41,523 nucleotides of DNA from a virus (lineage: Duplodnaviria > Caudoviricetes). Numbering within the stretch: position 1 is the stretch's first letter; each line of letters starts with the position of its first letter. The position numbers and the translations under genes are program-made. This document shows positions 36,522 to 41,523 of the stretch, in pieces. The stretch covers positions 1 to 41,523 of the IMG/VR virus record IMGVR_UViG_3300022930_000007; one strand, given 5' to 3'. A model generated the notes under the pieces. It ran no database searches and was not told where the DNA came from. It saw only the letters and a list, made by a program, of their open reading frames with translations.

Positions 36522-37103
36522 ATGAAAAAATTAACACTACTCTTTTTGCTTATCACATCAGCATGTTTTGGGCAAACAATTACAGCGCCTTTATTAACGC
36601 CTGTAGGATCGGTTAAAAGTTTTACTCCTAATATTACATTGTTAAATAATACAGGCGTTGAGACTAGCTTATTAGGCTCAGTAAAGGATACTATCAAAGC
36701 TAATACCTTAGTTCCTTATAGACCTTACAGATTTGAACTAGCGTGTATCGTAACAACTCCAGCTTTATCATTACCTAATTTAGCATTAAAGATTAAGTTA
36801 GGAACGGCAACAGTTGCTATGGTTAATGCAACTGGAGTTACGGGCGGGTTAACCAATGCAGGGATTAGGATTAGAGGTACTATACTTGCAACAGGATTAA
36901 GCACTCAGATAGTATTAACCGAGATTATACAGCCTAATGGGGGGATTATTAACTTATCTAATGCTAATGCTTCATTCTATACAGAAACAGCAATGAACAT
37001 GGTTAATAGTCAGGCTTTAGATATTACAGCGCAATGGAGTGGATTAATTATATTAGGAACGGCAAGCATTCGGAGTGTTTGGTTTTATAGGTTTGACTTC
37101 TAG
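36522..37103 (+). CDS. Signal-peptide beta-rich protein
   Basis: MKKLTLLFLLITSACFG-Q; LDITAQWS. Confidence 0.7.
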   Translation: MKKLTLLFLLITSACFGQTITAPLLTPVGSVKSFTPNITLLNNTGVETSLLGSVKDTIKANTLVPYRPYRFELACIVTTPALSLPNLALKIKLGTATVAMVNATGVTGGLTNAGIRIRGTILATGLSTQIVLTEIIQPNGGIINLSNANASFYTETAMNMVNSQALDITAQWSGLIILGTASIRSVWFYRFDF

Positions 37104-37147
37104 TAAATAAATACTAAGAATTCACACAACCGATACAAGCACAAAGC

Positions 37148-37182
37148 AAAAAAGGCTATTAGAATCAACCCTAATAGCCTTA
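37148..37182. terminator. Terminator between convergent units
   Basis: A-run, AAGGCTATTAG...CTAATAGCCTT. Confidence 0.75.
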
Positions 37183-37185
37183 ATA

Positions 37186-37293
37186 TTATATTACCGATTC
37201 TAAGCATTGTAATATAAATATAAACAGATAAGCGCATACCGCTATTGATCCGTATTTGATTATTGATTCTCTTATATTAGTGGAAATAACCAT
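37186..37293 (-). CDS. 35-aa hydrophobic peptide (not in ORF track)
   Basis: MVISTNIRESIIKYGSIAVCAYLFIFILQCLESVI. Confidence 0.45.
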   Translation of the reverse strand: MVISTNIRESIIKYGSIAVCAYLFIFILQCLESVI

Positions 37294-37405
37294 CACGTAA
37301 ATAAGTGGCTGAACAAATAAATAATGCAATTAAAAGCATTCCTAGTAAAAAATAACCTACAAACTTTTCTGATTTTTCTTCTTCTGTATATTTAAACTTT
37401 CTCAT
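37277..37405 (-). CDS. 42-aa single-TM peptide (not in ORF track)
   Basis: MRKFKYTEEEKSEKFVGYFLLGMLLIALFICSATYL. Confidence 0.55.
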   Translation of the reverse strand: MRKFKYTEEEKSEKFVGYFLLGMLLIALFICSATYLRDGYFH

Positions 37406-37407
37406 AA

Positions 37408-37587
37408 TTAAAACTGTATCGCTAGTTTCTTACCCTTGTTCATTAACACCCATTCGTAAATCGCTTTACGGTCATTGGTCTGGAATTGGTGTTTAGCTAG
37501 ATGTATTACATAAGCTGGCACATCACATTTTTTAGCTGCGTACTGGATCTCAGTATTCGCATTGGAGATTTTAGTTTGGTCTTTCAT
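37408..37587 (-). CDS. 59-aa protein, DUF3606-like (not in ORF track)
   Basis: DQTKIS...EIQYAAKKCDVP...DRKAIYEWV resembles the DUF3606 pattern. Confidence 0.55.
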   Translation of the reverse strand: MKDQTKISNANTEIQYAAKKCDVPAYVIHLAKHQFQTNDRKAIYEWVLMNKGKKLAIQF

Positions 37588-37814
37588 AAGTCATGTTTTT
37601 TTAATGCATCTTTATATTTATCCAATTGTTCTGTAAAAGAATTTCTTTGTGGGTTTTCTTGATATTTAAATATCATAAAACACTCTATAAATCCATCAAC
37701 AAATATTTTATTTATTCCTTTGGTATCAACATCGCCGAACATATCTTTAGAATAAATCTCTGCTTTTACTTCGGCAAATTTTCTAAATTGTTGATATTCT
37801 TCATTAGCTGTCAT
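37584..37814 (-). CDS. Hypothetical protein (island 7)
   Basis: ORF track. Confidence 0.65.
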   Translation of the reverse strand: MTANEEYQQFRKFAEVKAEIYSKDMFGDVDTKGINKIFVDGFIECFMIFKYQENPQRNSFTEQLDKYKDALKKHDL

Positions 37815-37815
37815 C

Positions 37816-38025
37816 TTAAAGGCTGTTTAAATATGTGTTGATTTGATTGCTTACATCTAATATTGATGTTCCATTGAATTCTTTTTCAGCTTTACAATCA
37901 ATAGTTTTGAATCGAGCGTAACCCCAATATTTCATACCAGCAGACATCATTGACGAAAGTATTGATACACCTTCTAAGTTTGTTACATCAAAAATGCAGT
38001 CTTGTTTTTCTTTAGTTAAGTTCAT
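37816..38025 (-). CDS. Hypothetical protein (island 7)
   Basis: ORF track. Confidence 0.65.
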   Translation of the reverse strand: MNLTKEKQDCIFDVTNLEGVSILSSMMSAGMKYWGYARFKTIDCKAEKEFNGTSILDVSNQINTYLNSL

Positions 38026-38041
38026 GTTTTCTAGTTGTTAT

Positions 38042-38170
38042 TTAATGGAATAAATCTAAATCATCATCGTTTTCATTTCCGGAATCAATGTACCGATTGT
38101 ATTTGTCCGCTAGGAATACTAATAGTATCACTGCGACGATTGCTATAAAGCAGGTTAAGAATGGGTTCAT
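38042..38170 (-). CDS. 42-aa single-TM peptide (not in ORF track)
   Basis: MNPFLTCFIAIVAVILLVFLADKY... with an acidic tail; ATGA overlap. Confidence 0.55.
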   Translation of the reverse strand: MNPFLTCFIAIVAVILLVFLADKYNRYIDSGNENDDDLDLFH

Positions 38171-38373
38171 ATCAATTTAGCTAAGTTAATTCCTTCTATT
38201 CTTGCTATCTCTTTAGCCTCGTATTCCTTTACACGATTAACAGTGAAATGCAACACCATAAAGCACTTGTCTACCATTTGGGTAGGATAAGCCAATGAGC
38301 GCACCGATCTAATCTCTGGTACTGCATGGTGGCAAATAACCGTTGTCCCGTTTGTGAATGTTATTTGGGTCAT
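38167..38373 (-). CDS. Hypothetical protein (island 7)
   Basis: ORF track. Confidence 0.65.
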   Translation of the reverse strand: MTQITFTNGTTVICHHAVPEIRSVRSLAYPTQMVDKCFMVLHFTVNRVKEYEAKEIARIEGINLAKLI

Positions 38374-38606
38374 TACCAGCTAATTTTAATTAGGTATTCA
38401 TTCCTGTAAAACGATTCTTCTGACAATTCATAACCATCATTAACTAATACCTTTTTTGTTTCTGTAGGTATTTGATCGTAAACCCAGCATTCGAAAGAAC
38501 CTTTATTAGTTGCTTCCTTTACTGATTTCATTACTTTACTATAAATATGAGTATCCGACGCTTCAGATACTAATTTACTTTTTAATCTTGCTTGCTCTGC
38601 GTTCAT
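38373..38606 (-). CDS. Phage hypothetical protein (island 7, first gene)
   Basis: MNAEQAR...KG...GY...IKISW, a common small phage protein pattern. Confidence 0.7.
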   Translation of the reverse strand: MNAEQARLKSKLVSEASDTHIYSKVMKSVKEATNKGSFECWVYDQIPTETKKVLVNDGYELSEESFYRNEYLIKISW

Positions 38607-38620
38607 TTTCTTTTCTTTTT

Positions 38621-38650
38621 AAAAACGGGTAGGTAACCACTCCTACCCGC
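38621..38650 (-). terminator. Intrinsic terminator/attenuator upstream of the 38606 gene
   Basis: Minus strand CGGGTAGG-N8-CCTACCCG-TTTTT. Confidence 0.75.
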
Positions 38651-38945
38651 TAACCTAAACCTCAAACTATGCCTTGCTTTATAACTATCCGTATTGTTTA
38701 ATATTGCTGCTTGCATTATTACGAATATCATTACTTACAAGGACTTTACCTTTAATAAGTTTGCCTTGCGTTACAATTACTAGCCAAACAAGTACCATTT
38801 ATTAAATAAATACAAACCAGCATCGTTATTAACAAGGACTTTGTGGCAAGTGGGATTTTACGAGTCCCTATACATCCGGTTATGCTTGCCTACCTTCACG
38901 AAACACTAACTCCATAGTTGCTACGATCTTTCTAATCGCTCTCTG
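38621..38945 (-). ncRNA. Candidate structured ncRNA or leader RNA with tandem repeat hairpins
   Basis: Bounded by a promoter (ATTG-N19-TACTATTG) and a terminator; three-way junction at 38845-38890; two long hairpins with conserved flanks. Confidence 0.55.
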
Positions 38946-38948
38946 ATA

Positions 38949-39047
38949 CAATAGTAAGAAGTATAATTGAATGTACAATGATTGTAACAACAATGGTACA
39001 ATAGATTTTATGCAAACATAACATTTCGAAACTTATTGCTATCTTAG
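38949..39047. promoter_or_regulatory. Divergent promoters plus operator
   Basis: Minus TACTATTG 38956-38949 and TATGTTTG 39020-39013; TGTAAC-AACAAT-GGTACA 38983-39000; plus TATCTTAG 39040-39047. Confidence 0.6.
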
Positions 39048-39066
39048 CACAACTAAGAATATTCAT

Positions 39067-39210
39067 ATGTGTATACTAAATTCAGATTGTCCTACTGGGC
39101 ATCGTTGTTCTTCCGAATCAGGTCAATGCGTGCCAATTAGCGGTACTGTAGACCCAATTAAACCGCCTATAGTAAATCCTTTAGTGGAAGAACAAGAAGA
39201 TCAAAAATAG
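39067..39210 (+). CDS. 47-aa Cys-rich peptide (not in ORF track)
   Basis: MCILNSDCPTGHRCSSESGQCVP...; stop abuts the next ATG at 39211. Confidence 0.65.
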   Translation: MCILNSDCPTGHRCSSESGQCVPISGTVDPIKPPIVNPLVEEQEDQK

Positions 39211-39549
39211 ATGAAAATAGCAGCATGTTTTTCTTACTGTCTATTTACTATACTTTATGCATGGTATCCTTATGAAAGCACTGCCTATTTGCAGTTATTC
39301 AACATGGGTACTTTATTGTTGTTCATTTGCTTGCTTTGTGGATTTCAAACAAACCAGGTAGAAACAACTTATAAAGAAAGTATATTCTTTCAGTATTGTA
39401 TTTATTTATCCTTATTCCGATTCATATATACAGCCTATTGTATTTTTATGGGTAAGGGATGGATATTATACCATACTGACCTGTTTAACATATTTACTAG
39501 CATTAGTTTTGTTATTGTTATATTACATTGTTCATTTAAAAAAGTATGA
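39211..39549 (+). CDS. Multi-TM membrane protein
   Basis: About four hydrophobic segments. Confidence 0.7.
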   Translation: MKIAACFSYCLFTILYAWYPYESTAYLQLFNMGTLLLFICLLCGFQTNQVETTYKESIFFQYCIYLSLFRFIYTAYCIFMGKGWILYHTDLFNIFTSISFVIVILHCSFKKV

Positions 39550-39956
39550 ATGTGGTGATGAAAACGGTTTTAGCCTTTGCTGATTTCATGCTTATAAACG
39601 CTGTACTTATACCGTTCGCGGTATTTGACGTTGTTACATGGGCGTGGTATGCATTATGTGTCGTATTAGCCTTTGTATTGCGTTTAGGAATGGAGCATAA
39701 GAAGAACCGTTTAACCCGTTCATCATTATTAATCCAATCAGTTTACACAATAACATGGAGCTTCTTTATGGTCTTAATTTGGAATACATTTCTGAATTGG
39801 AATAAAGGGTTCGAAGTATATTTATTTATTAACTCTCTTTTTGCAGTTTTTATGGTTGGTCAGTTTGAAGTTATTTTCGAATTAGGCTTTAAAGAATGGA
39901 TTCGTGTAAAGTTAGGCAAGTTTCTTGCGACTGAAAGAACGGAGGACAAATCATGA
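39546..39956 (+). CDS. Multi-TM membrane protein, holin candidate
   Basis: 3-4 TM segments, charged C-terminal tail, in the lysis region. Confidence 0.65.
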   Translation: MNVVMKTVLAFADFMLINAVLIPFAVFDVVTWAWYALCVVLAFVLRLGMEHKKNRLTRSSLLIQSVYTITWSFFMVLIWNTFLNWNKGFEVYLFINSLFAVFMVGQFEVIFELGFKEWIRVKLGKFLATERTEDKS

Positions 39957-40312
39957 GTTTTGAACAAATTATAGGGTATGTTTTAATAAGCGCAATGATA
40001 GGAATAGTTTACTTAGCTACACGTGTAGTAAGTACTATTGAATACAGGGATAACGGAATTTACCATATAACAATTAATGCATGGTTTCGGGGTAATCAAA
40101 TTTATAAGGATTGGTTAAGGGATAACACAATTTACCATTGGCTTATAGTTTTAATCTTATGCTTAATAACTATTATACTTTGTCTTATACCTCCCTTTAG
40201 CCAAGGCAAGATGTTCAATAGGCCAGTACTTTCACTTATAGTTAGTGTGCCTCTATGGATCTCAATATACCATACTTATAGATGGTTATTCCGTAAGTTG
40301 GATATGATATAG
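39953..40312 (+). CDS. Three-TM membrane protein
   Basis: Hydrophobic segments; ATGA coupling. Confidence 0.65.
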   Translation: MSFEQIIGYVLISAMIGIVYLATRVVSTIEYRDNGIYHITINAWFRGNQIYKDWLRDNTIYHWLIVLILCLITIILCLIPPFSQGKMFNRPVLSLIVSVPLWISIYHTYRWLFRKLDMI

Positions 40313-40333
40313 TAAATCGGTAACTTCGTGTAT

Positions 40334-40903
40334 ATGAATACGAAATCATTTTACGATAGCATTCGAGTTAGCTTATTCAAAGGAGCTATTTCAGCGAAAC
40401 AGTTTCAGGGAATAGAAGCAATCTTAGAAGAATACAATAGGTTATGTTTAAATGATCCTAGAAAACTGGCGTATGTTTTAGCAACTGCGTACCATGAAAG
40501 TGCAATGACTATGCAACCAATACCAGAATATGGTAAAGGCGCTAAATATGATTATGGTAAGAAACTTAAAATGTCGCGTAAGCCATATACTACTCCAGAT
40601 AAACTATACTATGGAAGAGGGCTAGTGCAAATCACGTGGTATGAGAATTATCAAGCATTAGGTAAGCAGCTTGGAATACCGTTATTAGAAAATCCTGATT
40701 TAGCTTTACAAATGGATATTTCTGTTAAGATCTTATTCGTAGGTATGACTAAAGGAATGTTTACTGGCAAATCATTGAATAGCTATTTCACTGCGGATAA
40801 AACGGATTGGGTTAATGCTCGTAGGATTATTAACGGCACCGATGTAGCTGATAGAATAGCCAATTATGCTAAGATATTTTACAATGCAATTTTATTAACA
40901 TAG
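40334..40903 (+). CDS. Endolysin, GH19/lysozyme-like
   Basis: LAYVLATAYHES, YYGRGLVQITWYENY, ARRIING. Confidence 0.9.
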   Translation: MNTKSFYDSIRVSLFKGAISAKQFQGIEAILEEYNRLCLNDPRKLAYVLATAYHESAMTMQPIPEYGKGAKYDYGKKLKMSRKPYTTPDKLYYGRGLVQITWYENYQALGKQLGIPLLENPDLALQMDISVKILFVGMTKGMFTGKSLNSYFTADKTDWVNARRIINGTDVADRIANYAKIFYNAILLT

Positions 40904-40905
40904 GT

Positions 40906-41196
40906 ATGGTAAACGAAAACCAAACACCGCGCGCCATACTAGCTTACTTCTGGTCTGTTATTACGGCTATTATATTAGGTTATATCGTTTATCGTTGGGG
41001 AAGTGAGAAGGAAATATTAACGTTAATAATTGGGCTTATTGGAGGAACTATTGTAGGGGGTATATTTGGTGTTTACTTTGGTGCAACTCATAAAGCACCT
41101 GTTCCAGATCAGCAAAAGACTACAACGGAAATAACACCAGAAAGCACAACTATTATCCAGGAACCGATTAATCATACAGGCAATGAAACTAAATAA
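40906..41196 (+). CDS. Two-TM holin candidate
   Basis: Two TM helices ending GVYFG; between the endolysin and spanin. Confidence 0.65.
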   Translation: MVNENQTPRAILAYFWSVITAIILGYIVYRWGSEKEILTLIIGLIGGTIVGGIFGVYFGATHKAPVPDQQKTTTEITPESTTIIQEPINHTGNETK

Positions 41197-41523
41197 AATA
41201 TTACTATGTATTCTGATGATTGGAATGCTAGGCTGCGGAACTCGTAAAGCCAGCGTTAACCTAAGCAAGACAGATGTTAAAGAAGAATCTAAAGAAGTAA
41301 GTTCTGGGTCATCTAGCACAGAATCCAAGTATACAGGATCTCAGGAAACGAACGAACAGGTAGCCAAGACCGACGAGAAGCAAGAGAGCCGGACTACTGA
41401 AAAGTTCGATAGTTCAGGACGGGTAACTGAAAGGATTACCGAAACTATAAAAGCAAAATCTGCTGATAACTCTAAGCGTTCAAACAAATCTAGCTACGAA
41501 ATTACCACAACCGTTAAGATGGT
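41183..41523 (+). CDS. 5' part of putative unimolecular spanin (lipoprotein, 162 aa in total across the origin)
   Basis: MKLNKILLCILMIGMLG-C lipobox; Ser/Thr/Lys-rich middle; C-terminal TM after the wrap. Confidence 0.75.
   Translation, partial: MKLNKILLCILMIGMLGCGTRKASVNLSKTDVKEESKEVSSGSSSTESKYTGSQETNEQVAKTDEKQESRTTEKFDSSGRVTERITETIKAKSADNSKRSNKSSYEITTTVKM
41397..41523. repeat. Terminal direct repeat identical to 1-127
   Basis: Exact match. Confidence 0.95.

Noticed and set aside
38665-38842. Mini CRISPR array
   Set aside because: Only two units, with paired left and right flanks and self-pairing cores rather than identical repeats with spacers; no cas genes
38845-38890. tRNA gene
   Set aside because: Too short, with no anticodon arm or canonical T-loop; no tRNA was recognised elsewhere either
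343-41328. Shadow ORFs in the track (e.g. 343-579, 1430-1717, 4371-4568, 7810-7998, 8391-8822, 13457-13666, 18235-18507, 19343-19528, 26514-26975, 28714-29022, 41023-41328)
   Set aside because: They overlap well-supported genes in another frame or strand and have no motifs or expression signals
41397-41523. 127-bp terminal repeat as a biological DTR
   Set aside because: It falls mid-gene and 127 equals a common assembler k-mer, so it is best explained as a circular assembly overlap
1-41523. Alternative genetic code or stop-codon recoding
   Set aside because: Core genes are full length in the standard code; TAA, TAG and TGA all end genes; no suppressor tRNA seen

Overview
Apparently complete, circularly assembled genome (about 41.4 kb; bases 1-127 repeat at 41397-41523) of a tailed siphovirus-type phage. 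The host is most likely a Bacteroidota species, judged by TAnnTTTG/TTTG promoters, A-rich start regions lacking a Shine-Dalgarno, Gln-after-signal-peptide proteins and a SprB-like repeat. Modules: a leftward early cluster with dUTPase and an HTH protein; a rightward early/replication cluster (Rad52/Sak-like SSAP, exonuclease, C5 DNA methyltransferase, initiator with iterons, Twinkle-like primase-helicase, DUF1064); packaging and an HK97-type head; a non-contractile tail with two esterase-type tail proteins; and a lysis cassette (GH19 endolysin, holin candidates, u-spanin crossing the origin). No integrase was recognised. Most notable: (1) the late region is split into blocks by seven antisense islands of small genes, and most junctions carry back-to-back host-type promoters; (2) a palindrome TGYAAC-N6-GTTRCA recurs at the late-direction promoters; (3) many genes appear to be leaderless; (4) a ~320 nt minus-strand structured RNA candidate at 38620-38945 has two tandem hairpins with conserved flanks, variable cores and complementary bulges; (5) there is a second tail-tube paralog, and one accessory domain is shared by two virion proteins. 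All calls come from reading the sequence by eye; no searches were run.
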